This document shows positions 27,365 through 37,076 of a stretch of 64,000 bases of DNA, one piece after another. The DNA comes from Patescibacteria group bacterium. Its GTDB lineage: Bacteria > Patescibacteriota > Patescibacteriia > UBA9570. The notes beneath the pieces were generated by a model. It worked only from the letters and a program-made list of their open reading frames with translations. It did no database searches and was not told the DNA's origin. The position numbers and the translations under genes were made by a program. Location: contig JBAZWO010000004.1 in the NCBI GenBank assembly GCA_041660305.1, positions 32,873 to 96,872 of the forward strand, written 5' to 3'. Within the stretch, counting starts at the first letter, position 1; every line of letters starts with the position of its first letter.

Positions 27365-27623
27365 TTCTGCCAGTTGACCAACCAAATGCCGTTTTCCATG
27401 GTATGGCGGAAGTCTGCTGCGTCCTGTAGCAGGCGGAGTTTGGTAGACAAACTCTTGTTCTTTAGGCGTAGCTATTTGCCTTTCCCAAAAAGTAAGTAGC
27501 TCGAAAGCATGAAGAGTGGGGAGTTAAGCTAGTAATAGTTTTCTCCCTCCCTCAAATAATCGTTTAATAAAACATTGAACCATTTGAGAGGGGAATATAA
27601 TTAGTTGAGAAGGCTTTAATTTT

Positions 27624-28574
27624 TTATAGGTCGGTACTCTTAATAAATGAACCGTAAGCGTATTTATCGGTTTCTTTGTCGCCGCCAAATTCTACTTCGG
27701 CATCAATATTGCCATTAGCTTCATCTACGGCAGTTACAGTACCATCGGAATAAGAGCCAATAAATGGCACGGCCACTTCATCACCAACTTTTACAACTGG
27801 TTTAAGTGGCATGGTTTTAGCATCGGTTTTATCTATAACCTTGATTTTTCCAGCAAACCCGTAAGCTAAGATTTTTTCACCAGATACTTTTAACACTTGA
27901 TAATGATCGTAATCACTGCCGTTTTTCACGGCAATAGAAGTGCCGGCTTGCCATGGATCCGTGATTACTACAAAAGAATCGGCTTTTAATTGTTCTGGTT
28001 CACTTTCGCCTAAGGTATCAACATCCAAATAACGTACCATTGGTTGAGTAGGGGTACCGCCGGCCACTACGTAACCGCGGGTTAAGCCAGAGCCAGATTG
28101 CCACCAGGTTAACACGGTATCACCAACTTCAGCCGTTTGGCCATTCAAAATAGGAATAATCATGCCATTAGGAATAGTAACTTCTTCAGTAATTTCTGTT
28201 AGTACCGAAGCTGTTTCACCAACTTCAGCCACTTCAGCCATATAATAAATAAAAGTGGTGTTGTCGGCGCCTTCAGTAGCGGCTTCATCAAGCGCGGCGC
28301 GAGTTGGTGCTAGTACATAATCACCCACATCGGCATCCAAGGTAGAGTTAGGAAAATCCAGTGGCATCGCCGTTGGATCAATTTTTACTGCCACTTCGTT
28401 GGCATTTGGTGCCTGAAGATTTGTTACCGCATTTACAGAGTTAGTGTTTGGTGGAGTAATGTTTGTTGTATTAGTAGTAGTGGTACTAGTGCAACCAGCG
28501 CCAAGTAATACTAAAAACACACTCGCTCCGGCCAATTGTTTGGCTATTGATGTATGCATATTTGTCATAAGCAA
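27624..28574 (-). CDS. Probable lipoprotein, function unknown
   Basis: 316 aa with a signal peptide ending LLGAGC, followed by a Thr/Asn-rich linker. Composition is host-like. Confidence 0.6.
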   Translation of the reverse strand: MLMTNMHTSIAKQLAGASVFLVLLGAGCTSTTTTNTTNITPPNTNSVNAVTNLQAPNANEVAVKIDPTAMPLDFPNSTLDADVGDYVLAPTRAALDEAATEGADNTTFIYYMAEVAEVGETASVLTEITEEVTIPNGMIIPILNGQTAEVGDTVLTWWQSGSGLTRGYVVAGGTPTQPMVRYLDVDTLGESEPEQLKADSFVVITDPWQAGTSIAVKNGSDYDHYQVLKVSGEKILAYGFAGKIKVIDKTDAKTMPLKPVVKVGDEVAVPFIGSYSDGTVTAVDEANGNIDAEVEFGGDKETDKYAYGSFIKSTDL

Positions 28575-28663
28575 AATTTATTTACGCCTCCTTAAATTAA
28601 ATACAGTATAACATATTTTTTTAGTATAGTCACGTTATTAAAAATGGTATATGCTGTTTGAGC

Positions 28664-29902
28664 ATGCAACAAAACCGAGCAGTACAATTTTTACAAGCGG
28701 GGAGAAACGTGTTTTTAACCGGGCCAGCCGGTTCGGGGAAAACGTATGTATTAGAGCAATTTATTCAGTGGTTAAAGAAAAATGGTAAAACTGTGGCTAT
28801 TACAGCTTCTACTGGTATTGCGGCCACGCATCTAAACGGCACTACTATTCATGCTTGGGCAGGAATTGGGATTAACGATTATTTATCACCGTTTGAGTTA
28901 GACGCGATAACGCAAAAAGAATATTTACAGCGGCGGTTACGCACTACTGACGTGTTAATTATCGATGAGATTTCCATGCTCCATTCGTTTCGCTTGGATA
29001 TGGTGGATTTGGTGTTGCGCACGTTGCGTGATAATCCATTGCCGTTTGGTGGTATGCAAGTAGTGCTAGCCGGTGATTTTTTTCAGTTGCCGCCGGTTAA
29101 TCGTTATAATACCGATACGAATTACGCGTTTGAGGCGCAAGTTTGGGCACAAATGAACATGGCGGTGTGTTATTTAGACACGGTTTATCGGCAGTCTAAC
29201 GATCCGTTATTACAAATTTTACAAGAAGTGCGCCAAGGAGAGGTAAGTGAAATGAGTATGGAATTATTACAAGACCGCATGCAAGCAACTTGGCCAGATG
29301 ATATTACACCAACTCGATTATATACCCATAATATTGATGTGGACGCGTTAAATAAAAAAGAATTAGCGAAGTTACGCAAAAAAGCTAAAATATTTTTAAT
29401 GACAACCACTGGTAAAAAAGCGAATGTAAAAATATTACAAAAATACTGTTTAGCACCAGAGAAATTAGAATTAAAAATTGGCGCTCAAGTAATGTTTGTG
29501 CGCAATAATTTTGCGGCTGGCTATGTAAACGGTACATTGGGAACGGTGGTAAAATTTACCGATGGTCAGCCGATGGTGGAAACGGTGGCAGGAAAAACCA
29601 TTACGGTAGAACCAAGTTCTTGGGTAATGGAGCAAGCTGGAGCCATTAAAGCAGAATTATGCCAATTGCCCTTGCGCTTAGCTTGGGCCATTACCGTGCA
29701 CAAAAGTCAGGGCATGACGTTAGACGCGGTAGACGTGGATTTGTCCAAATCGTTTGCCGCCGGCATGGGCTATGTGGCGTTATCTAGGGTTAAAACGTTA
29801 CAGGGTTTATATATTCGTGGTATGAATCAGCGGGCATTATTAGTAGATGAACGTGTACAACAATTTGATAATATTTTTCGTGAGCAGTCTAAACAGCAGT
29901 AG
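28664..29902 (+). CDS. PIF1/RecD-family (SF1B) DNA helicase
   Basis: It has Walker A GPAGSGKT, DEISML and GDFFQLPPV, plus the C-terminal ITVHKSQGMTLD and ALSR motifs. ATG 28664 is preferred over TTG 28658. Confidence 0.85.
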   Translation: MQQNRAVQFLQAGRNVFLTGPAGSGKTYVLEQFIQWLKKNGKTVAITASTGIAATHLNGTTIHAWAGIGINDYLSPFELDAITQKEYLQRRLRTTDVLIIDEISMLHSFRLDMVDLVLRTLRDNPLPFGGMQVVLAGDFFQLPPVNRYNTDTNYAFEAQVWAQMNMAVCYLDTVYRQSNDPLLQILQEVRQGEVSEMSMELLQDRMQATWPDDITPTRLYTHNIDVDALNKKELAKLRKKAKIFLMTTTGKKANVKILQKYCLAPEKLELKIGAQVMFVRNNFAAGYVNGTLGTVVKFTDGQPMVETVAGKTITVEPSSWVMEQAGAIKAELCQLPLRLAWAITVHKSQGMTLDAVDVDLSKSFAAGMGYVALSRVKTLQGLYIRGMNQRALLVDERVQQFDNIFREQSKQQ

Positions 29903-29949
29903 AGCCAAATATATTAGTGTTTTATAATAAAAAACGCTATAATACTAGC

Positions 29950-31833
29950 ATGCCAAGTAATTTAGAATTAGCTCGTCCGTGGATTTTTAATTGGGCTAAG
30001 ATAGTTTTGTTATTAATTGTTTTTTCTACTTTAGTAAGTGCTAATCAAGTGTTGGCGGATGTGCCAACTTGTACTGTACCGGACAAAATAACAACCTTTG
30101 CGGAAAAATTTAATGTGTTAAATTATGAAAGCGCTATTTCGGTAGCGCCAGCTGAAGATGACGGTATTATTATAGCCGGTACTACTATTCCGCCGGGTAT
30201 GATGGAAGATGCTGATATCTTTATTACCAAGCTAAATAAGTCTGGTAATAATGTGTGGACTAAAATTATTCAAGGTGGGCCAGGTCAGGCGGAGGACGAA
30301 GCGGTAAAAGTGATAAAAACAAATCCTGGTTATTTGTTGGTTGGTTATACATTATCTACTGCCACAGATGGTGATGAACGGGTATTATTAGTTAAATTTG
30401 ATGAAGCCGGTAATAAAAACTGGTCGGTAATTTTAGGTGCTGGCTCGTTAAATCGGCCAGTGGCTGTAACGCAAACTAGTGATGGCGGCTACGCTGTATT
30501 AGCACAACAGCGTTTGAGTGAAGAAGGTGATTTATATAGCCAAGTGCTTTATAAAGTAAATAGTTCTGGCAGCAAACAATGGTCTAAAGTTATTACTAGT
30601 GATATTTCTAGTAGTTTTTATGCTGTGGCGGATACCAATGACGGCGGGATAATTATTACCGCCACTGCGGCAATTAATAATTATGGTAGGCAATCAACTA
30701 GTTTTAGCGGTTTAATTAAACTAGATAAAAATGGAAATATAGAATGGTCTAAAATAATGGAAACTATTCCACAAACATTGCCTACTACCACAGGTACTTA
30801 TGAAGATTGGCGCTGGTCACCGGCTATTTTTAAAGCTGTGGAACAAACCAGCGACGGTAGTTATCTGGCTGCCGGTCAAATTTATTCCGCGTTATTAACC
30901 GATACTAATGCCGTTGGTTATACTAGTTCAGATTTATTTGTTACTAAACTGGATAAAAACGGTAAACACAAGTGGACCGAAAGTTTTGATTTTGGTGGCA
31001 TAGAAACAGGTTTAGGGATAATAAAATTAAATGATGGATATCTTATCTTTGGCGAACATGCTTCTGCTCAACTGGAAAAAAAATATATCTTGTTAAAAAT
31101 AAACTTATCTGGCGCTAGGCAATGGCACAAGTTGATAGGCTCGCTAGAAACAGGGGATTATGCTAAAACTAGTGCCGGCGGTTATGTAGTAGCTGGTGTG
31201 AAAGATAATGATCCATATGTACTAAAATTAAACAGTTATGGTGATTGTCACGAAAACTGTAGTTTAGTCAGTACTACTAAAGTTACCAGACACGATTGGA
31301 CGCAATATGTATTAATTAGCCGTGCTGCACCGGACATGAAAACCGATTCATCAAATAGCGCTAATTATAACTTAAACATTTCATCAACTACTATTCATCC
31401 AGAACAAATTTGTAACTTGGAGGACACTAGTTCTGTACCTGTTTGTTTAGTTAATAAAAAACTGAAACATCCTAATCCCAATCATCCAAAAACTTGGATA
31501 GCTATAAAATATGAACAGACCACAGAAATAGATTTAACCTCGGCAAAAAGTATTAAAGTCAATGATTATTTACAGCCGGTATTTGATGAAGTGTTTAATA
31601 ATAGTGTAAAAATAAAAGATGAAATGATCGGTGGATTATTAGATTATGTGGCAAACAGAAAAATTACTAGACAAGATGTACGGTCAGTTAAGCAGTTATT
31701 AATAGCCCAAGGTTTTGCGTTAATTGACACTAATGGTAAAAAACAAATTACCATGAGTGGCAATGGTTTAACATTGGTAATAACTTTTAATGTGAATAGA
31801 AAAGATAGCGCCTTAATTGAAGTAACATATTAA
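29950..31833 (+). CDS. Secreted beta-propeller-repeat protein
   Basis: The signal peptide is at MPSNLELARPW…LVSANQVLA. There are at least six repeats of the form (K/N)xW(S/T)K…(T/S)xDGGY…, resembling SBBP-type propeller repeats. Confidence 0.55.
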   Translation: MPSNLELARPWIFNWAKIVLLLIVFSTLVSANQVLADVPTCTVPDKITTFAEKFNVLNYESAISVAPAEDDGIIIAGTTIPPGMMEDADIFITKLNKSGNNVWTKIIQGGPGQAEDEAVKVIKTNPGYLLVGYTLSTATDGDERVLLVKFDEAGNKNWSVILGAGSLNRPVAVTQTSDGGYAVLAQQRLSEEGDLYSQVLYKVNSSGSKQWSKVITSDISSSFYAVADTNDGGIIITATAAINNYGRQSTSFSGLIKLDKNGNIEWSKIMETIPQTLPTTTGTYEDWRWSPAIFKAVEQTSDGSYLAAGQIYSALLTDTNAVGYTSSDLFVTKLDKNGKHKWTESFDFGGIETGLGIIKLNDGYLIFGEHASAQLEKKYILLKINLSGARQWHKLIGSLETGDYAKTSAGGYVVAGVKDNDPYVLKLNSYGDCHENCSLVSTTKVTRHDWTQYVLISRAAPDMKTDSSNSANYNLNISSTTIHPEQICNLEDTSSVPVCLVNKKLKHPNPNHPKTWIAIKYEQTTEIDLTSAKSIKVNDYLQPVFDEVFNNSVKIKDEMIGGLLDYVANRKITRQDVRSVKQLLIAQGFALIDTNGKKQITMSGNGLTLVITFNVNRKDSALIEVTY

Positions 31834-31910
31834 ACCATTGTTACTAAAAAGTATTTTTGCTATAATAAGAACAGTATAAAATATAATAGTTAATTATTAA
31901 GGAGGAAAAT

Positions 31911-34900
31911 ATGCAAAAACTATTTAAATATTGGCTAGTTGGTATACTAGTTGTGTTTGGTTTTGGTTTAACTAGTAAGGCCATCCAAGCCGCTACGGTT
32001 AACGATCCAAGCATTAGTAGTGTTACACTTGGCACAATTTCTTCTACACAAAAAGAGGCTAGTGGCGTAAGTTACACGTTAACCATTACTACCACGGCAA
32101 CTTTATCGGCGAATAGTGGGTTTTCCATTCAAACCAGACCAACTTCGTGCATGACCAATTATGAAAACTGTTCACTTAACTTTCAGGCGCCGGTTACTAT
32201 TAGTGGGCTAAACGGTACTGTTACTAGCACTGGTTATGGTAATATGTTTTTCTCTAATAGCGATGTTTTACCGGCCGGTTCTTATACGTTTACTATTAAT
32301 AATGTTATTAATCCGAATTTTGATGGGTCGTTACGTTTTGCTTTTAGTGTACCAACCAGTAATATATCAGCTATTAATTTAGAAGGTGATAGCGCGGCTA
32401 CGGTGTCTGAAACATTTGTAATTGGTTCACCGCTAGTAAAGGGTCGGATTACTCATCCCACCACTGGTGCCGGCTTAATGTTAAGCGGACAAGTAGCTAG
32501 TCAGGATTGGAGCATTAATCAATTTTTTAATACGGATGAATGGGGTGAATATGCCGTAGCTAATCCTGGATTTAGCGCTGGTGCTACCGTTAACTTAACG
32601 ATTAATCCAGACAGTGGCAGCGGTTTAGCCTCAACAGCTACCACATTTACTTACTCTGGCAGTACGGCCACGGTAAATTTATCTCCTACTCAAGCTACCA
32701 AATCAATTAGTGGCACTGTATTGTATGAAGACACCGGTACGCCAGTGGCTACCGCCTCGGTAAATGCTAATGGTAAAGGTAATGGTTGGAGCAGTGCTAT
32801 ACCAGATAGTGCCGGGGCTTATTTGTTAACGATAGGTGGTGGCGAATATGATATTTGTTTAGGCGATCGATTTGATGACAATGGTAACAAATTGCCACGT
32901 GATTGGTATGTAGCTGGCGATAATCAATGTCAAACAGTTTCGTTTGCGAAAGATACTGCTGTAGAAGCTAGCACCATTAATTTTCTTGTAAAACGAGCGG
33001 ATGCTAAAATTATCGGTGTTTTTAAAAATCCCAATGGCAGTTTTCCCAGTAATGGATCGGTTATGTTTTCTCAAGAGGGGTTATGGTTTAATAGTGGTGT
33101 TAATCGAGACAACGGAGCATTCGAAGTGGCCTTAGTAGGCAATCAATCTTATCAAGGTCAGTATCAATCTCAAAGTACCGGCGAACATATGTATTGGGAT
33201 ACTGATAGTGTACGGGTAAATACCAATCAAACGGTAGATTTAGGTACTATAACACTAAAAGAACGCGATGTAGTATATACAGCCACGGTAAAAGATAATA
33301 ACGGCACGCCTGTGCCACATATTTATGTGGATGCTTGGCAAGAACGTGGTGGCTGGACACACGCGGAAACCGATCAAAACGGAGTAGCGACACTTTATTT
33401 ATACGAAGGATCTTGGAGTATTCGTCCGTCTACCTGGAATACCGCCACTTATATTTATTCCGGCAAAGAAGACCGCGTGCAATTAGCCGCTGGCAGTAGT
33501 GCTAGTGGAGCTTTTACACTAACAGCTACTACTTTAGTTGTAACTGCATTAACCAACACAGCTGATGGTAGCGCGGCCAGCGTGACTGGTTGGGTGAATT
33601 GTTGGCAACCGGGTAATAATTTTGGTTTTGGTGGCCAGGTGCGTAATGGTACCGGCACGTTTGGAGCGATTGCCGGTGATTTTCAGTGCAACTTAATGGT
33701 TAATGATGAAAGTTATCAAGCGGCCGGCGAAACACGCACCACTTTTACCGCCGGTGTAAATACTACACTTAACTTTACATTGCTACGTCGGACGGCCACA
33801 GTAACGGTATATATTAAAGATCAAGATGGTAAATTGGTAGATGCGAAAAACGGGCGCGTTTCGGCTCGCAGCACGGCTAGCGGTATGATAGATAAAAGAT
33901 TAGAAAGTGGTCAAGTTGCGTTACGCTTGGCACCGGGTAGCTATAATTTAGGAATTTGGTTTGAAGGTGATCAAAGTAAATATATTTCCAGTCAAGGTCC
34001 AAACAGCGGTACGGATGTAACTGTGGTTGATAACGACGCACTAAGTAAAACCTTAACTGTGTTTGCAGTGAGCGCCACATTAGAGGCGACGGTTAAAGAT
34101 AATGATGGTAATCCGGTTAGTGATGCTTGGGTACACTGCGGTAATTGGCCGGAATTAAAAGGCACAGTAAAAATGGATGATAAGAATTCTAAAATCATTG
34201 AAAGCGGCGCACCAACTGATGCTAATGGTAAAGCGACAGTTGGTTTAGTAGCTGGACATGAATACGAATGTAATGTAGGAGTAAAATCCGAAACATCTGA
34301 TTTAGTTGGTTCAGCCTCTCAAACCATTGATTTTACTACCGCTAAAAAAGCTACCGCTAAATTTATTTTACAAAAAGCCAATGCTAAAATTACTGGAAAA
34401 ATTACCATGGCTGATGCAGCGGATATTACTACCAAAGATTTAAATAATATCTGGTGCCATGCTTGGTCCGATGAGGGTTATAATTCTTTTGGTGATGGTT
34501 CGGCGAATAAATACACGTTAAACGCTATAGTTGGTACGTGGAATGTGTCCTGTGGCGGTGAAGCCACCACTGCTAACGGTAAACGACAGTGGTATTCCAG
34601 TCCGCGCACCGTAGTAACCATCACTGCAGCTGGTACAGTAACGCAAGATTTAGTATTAGCTAAATCTTTATTCGAAATTCCGGAATCTTATTCAGAAACA
34701 TTTGATTCCACTCAACCAAAAAGCATTACCTTATCTGATGGAACACGTTTAAATATTCCAGCGTACGCGTTAGCCACCGATGGTAATGTAACGCTAACCG
34801 CTGAACCAGAATTACAAGCGATTGAAACATATACCGATGGATTAGCTAACATACCTTGGAATTTTGAAGTATATGATAGTAGTGGAAAACTTATTTCCGG

Positions 34901-35414
34901 AGATTTTAATGATAAAGTAACGCTGATTATTACTTATGATCAAGCAGTGCTTAATAAATTAGGGATTGATGAAACTACTCTTTTGCCGAAATATTTTGAT
35001 GTAGCTAGTAATATTTGGAAAAATGTAGATAATGCTTCACAAGACACCGCGGCTGATGAGATAACGTTTACCTTAAGCCATTTTTCCCAAGTGGGTTTAG
35101 TTTATAATCAAAAGTTAAATCAAGCTTCACCGAGCAAACCTTATAAATTAAAAGCCAAACGGTTAACGGCTACTACGGCCTTGTTAACTTGGAAAAAACC
35201 AACGCAACGCAAAGCTACTTATTATAATGTTCAGCTACGGTTATTTAAAGACAAAGAAAAAACTACTTGGCAAACCTTTACTGCTAAAAAAACCAAACAA
35301 GCGGTAAAAAAACTAACTGCCAATACCAAATATCAATTTAGAGTAAAAGCTTGTAACAAAAAGAAATGCTTTAAATTCAGCAGCTGGGCTAAATTTAAAA
35401 CCAAACGTAGTTAA
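31911..35414 (+). CDS. Large secreted protein with carboxypeptidase-regulatory-like beta-sandwich repeats and a C-terminal fibronectin type III domain
   Basis: 1167 aa with a strong RBS (AAGGAGG) and a signal peptide. It has repeated …V(K/T)D…G.P(V/L)…A.V… modules. The C-terminus PSKPYKLKAKRLTATTALLTWKKP…YYNVQLR…TKYQFRVKAC is FN3-like. Confidence 0.65.
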   Translation: MQKLFKYWLVGILVVFGFGLTSKAIQAATVNDPSISSVTLGTISSTQKEASGVSYTLTITTTATLSANSGFSIQTRPTSCMTNYENCSLNFQAPVTISGLNGTVTSTGYGNMFFSNSDVLPAGSYTFTINNVINPNFDGSLRFAFSVPTSNISAINLEGDSAATVSETFVIGSPLVKGRITHPTTGAGLMLSGQVASQDWSINQFFNTDEWGEYAVANPGFSAGATVNLTINPDSGSGLASTATTFTYSGSTATVNLSPTQATKSISGTVLYEDTGTPVATASVNANGKGNGWSSAIPDSAGAYLLTIGGGEYDICLGDRFDDNGNKLPRDWYVAGDNQCQTVSFAKDTAVEASTINFLVKRADAKIIGVFKNPNGSFPSNGSVMFSQEGLWFNSGVNRDNGAFEVALVGNQSYQGQYQSQSTGEHMYWDTDSVRVNTNQTVDLGTITLKERDVVYTATVKDNNGTPVPHIYVDAWQERGGWTHAETDQNGVATLYLYEGSWSIRPSTWNTATYIYSGKEDRVQLAAGSSASGAFTLTATTLVVTALTNTADGSAASVTGWVNCWQPGNNFGFGGQVRNGTGTFGAIAGDFQCNLMVNDESYQAAGETRTTFTAGVNTTLNFTLLRRTATVTVYIKDQDGKLVDAKNGRVSARSTASGMIDKRLESGQVALRLAPGSYNLGIWFEGDQSKYISSQGPNSGTDVTVVDNDALSKTLTVFAVSATLEATVKDNDGNPVSDAWVHCGNWPELKGTVKMDDKNSKIIESGAPTDANGKATVGLVAGHEYECNVGVKSETSDLVGSASQTIDFTTAKKATAKFILQKANAKITGKITMADAADITTKDLNNIWCHAWSDEGYNSFGDGSANKYTLNAIVGTWNVSCGGEATTANGKRQWYSSPRTVVTITAAGTVTQDLVLAKSLFEIPESYSETFDSTQPKSITLSDGTRLNIPAYALATDGNVTLTAEPELQAIETYTDGLANIPWNFEVYDSSGKLISGDFNDKVTLIITYDQAVLNKLGIDETTLLPKYFDVASNIWKNVDNASQDTAADEITFTLSHFSQVGLVYNQKLNQASPSKPYKLKAKRLTATTALLTWKKPTQRKATYYNVQLRLFKDKEKTTWQTFTAKKTKQAVKKLTANTKYQFRVKACNKKKCFKFSSWAKFKTKRS

Positions 35415-35418
35415 ATAA

Positions 35419-36837
35419 TTACGTATTAGTGAGTGATTGATTAAACACAATTGCGTCGTGCATCAGGATTTGTTGGAGTAATTGGCCGGCTTGTTTGCTA
35501 AGGGTAGTAAGTTCGCTAATGTTGTTTTGGGAATACAATTTAAAGCGGCTCGGTTCGGTAGTTTTTATTAACACAAAACCATATACATCCATTGGGGTAG
35601 TGAGAGCTAAAGCAAAAGCCAAGCGGTGCTTTTGCATGAATTTATTAATTTCAGTGCGTAAATCTGGTGCTAATTTAGTATTTGGGTTATTTATTTCATC
35701 GGCTACTATCAGCACATCTCTAGTTTTAGCAAATTGAATTAAGGCATGGCTGTGTTTAAACCAAATTAACCCCGTAGTCTTAACTGCTTGAAATCGTTTC
35801 TGTTTCCAATCCATTAAGCAAAAAATCGGTTCCATAATACCATAATTATCACGCAGTACCGTTTGCAAATGGTTAAACACGTTGTCTACCGCTTGTTGAG
35901 TTGGTTGTGCGTAGATAAGCGCATCGGGGATGGTAATTTCAGTGTCGCCAGTCATATTATAGGCAATTAAAAACCAATTTACTAAGCGGGAAAACAGTAA
36001 TACCAGCAACACGGTTATTACTATGAATAACCAAATAGACGCAGCCAAGAACGAAATAATATCTATGTTTAACAACGCTAGACTAATAAATAGAGTTAAT
36101 AATGTTAATCCCAAAATAACCAGATCACGCCATAATTCAATTGTCCACTTTTTTAAAATAAACGTGATCCCAAGCAGGCGGTAACGCGTGATGGCGTAGG
36201 CACAACAAAAACTAAATACTAAACTACTTGAAGTGCCGTAATTATTTAAAGTATTTATACCGAATGTTGGTAAAATTGCATTTGTATTAATGCTTATAAG
36301 AGCAGTAATTAATGAACCAATTAAAATATAAACAGCTTGATATCGTTTTATGATATTTTGGGTAGTTTTGTAAAAAATAAACAATTTTATAGTAGCTGAT
36401 CCTAATAACAATAGAAAATAAACAGTATAAATTGAATAGAGAACACCAGGAATAAAATGGCCAGGAGCATCTGTTAGGCCTTTAATATTGTTAGGCGTAA
36501 AGATAAACATTGTCATTATCACTGGCGGTACCCAAAGAAACAATGTAGTTAATTTTGGTATTTTTTTATCAATAAACTTTGATACGAAATAATAATAAGT
36601 ACTAGGTATAAAAAGTACCGACATTAAAGTTAGTTGTGTGAACAAAAACATTAATGTTACATTGGTTAATGTAAAAGAGAAGAAATTAACTAATATCCAT
36701 ATGGCGGCTTGTAAGATGAGTAAACTAAATATTTTATTTGCTGGTTGTTTTATTCCCTTGTATAAAGTATATACACCTACGGTTAGTGTGCAAATAAAAG
36801 AAATTAATAAAATTATGGATGATGTAGCAATAAACAT
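35419..36837 (-). CDS. 7TM sensor-domain protein (histidine-kinase N-terminal 7TM type) with GAF-like C-domain and no kinase core
   Basis: 472 aa with about 7-8 TM helices ending in AYAITRYRLLG, paralogous to the N-terminus of the 38075-40306 kinase (AYAIARYRLFD). I see no H-box or ATPase motifs. Confidence 0.6.
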   Translation of the reverse strand: MFIATSSIILLISFICTLTVGVYTLYKGIKQPANKIFSLLILQAAIWILVNFFSFTLTNVTLMFLFTQLTLMSVLFIPSTYYYFVSKFIDKKIPKLTTLFLWVPPVIMTMFIFTPNNIKGLTDAPGHFIPGVLYSIYTVYFLLLLGSATIKLFIFYKTTQNIIKRYQAVYILIGSLITALISINTNAILPTFGINTLNNYGTSSSLVFSFCCAYAITRYRLLGITFILKKWTIELWRDLVILGLTLLTLFISLALLNIDIISFLAASIWLFIVITVLLVLLFSRLVNWFLIAYNMTGDTEITIPDALIYAQPTQQAVDNVFNHLQTVLRDNYGIMEPIFCLMDWKQKRFQAVKTTGLIWFKHSHALIQFAKTRDVLIVADEINNPNTKLAPDLRTEINKFMQKHRLAFALALTTPMDVYGFVLIKTTEPSRFKLYSQNNISELTTLSKQAGQLLQQILMHDAIVFNQSLTNT

Positions 36838-37076
36838 AAGGCTTCCTTTCTTCTACTTCATATTCAAATTTTAAGCAATATCGTTTAAGCGACGGCGCTA
36901 GGGCTAAAATATAGGTTTTGTTCAATAAAGGCAAGGTTATTGTGCCTGTGGATAAGTTTTTGGTGCGACGGCGGTAAAATTGTTTATTTTCTCATATTCC
37001 ATAGTAGTATATTTTGTTTGGAATTTTTCTATAATTTATGGTAAAGATATGGTAGCTCTTTGAGCAAGGAGGAAAA

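Noticed and set aside
26023-27385. Eight additional ORFs on both strands within the foreign cassette (26023-26319-, 26407-26685-, 26465-26725-, 26568-26795+, 26767-26973-, 26820-27074-, 27122-27385-, 27162-27377+)
   Set aside because: They overlap the three RBS-preceded same-strand genes. High GC depletes stop codons in all frames, and none has an upstream Shine-Dalgarno sequence.
25822-27620. A classical integrative island (integrase plus attL/attR) at tRNA-Thr
   Set aside because: I found no integrase or recombinase ORF. By eye I found no direct repeat of the tRNA 3' end (…CCCGGTCAACGGCTCCA) at the distal boundary. The island call therefore rests on composition and position only.
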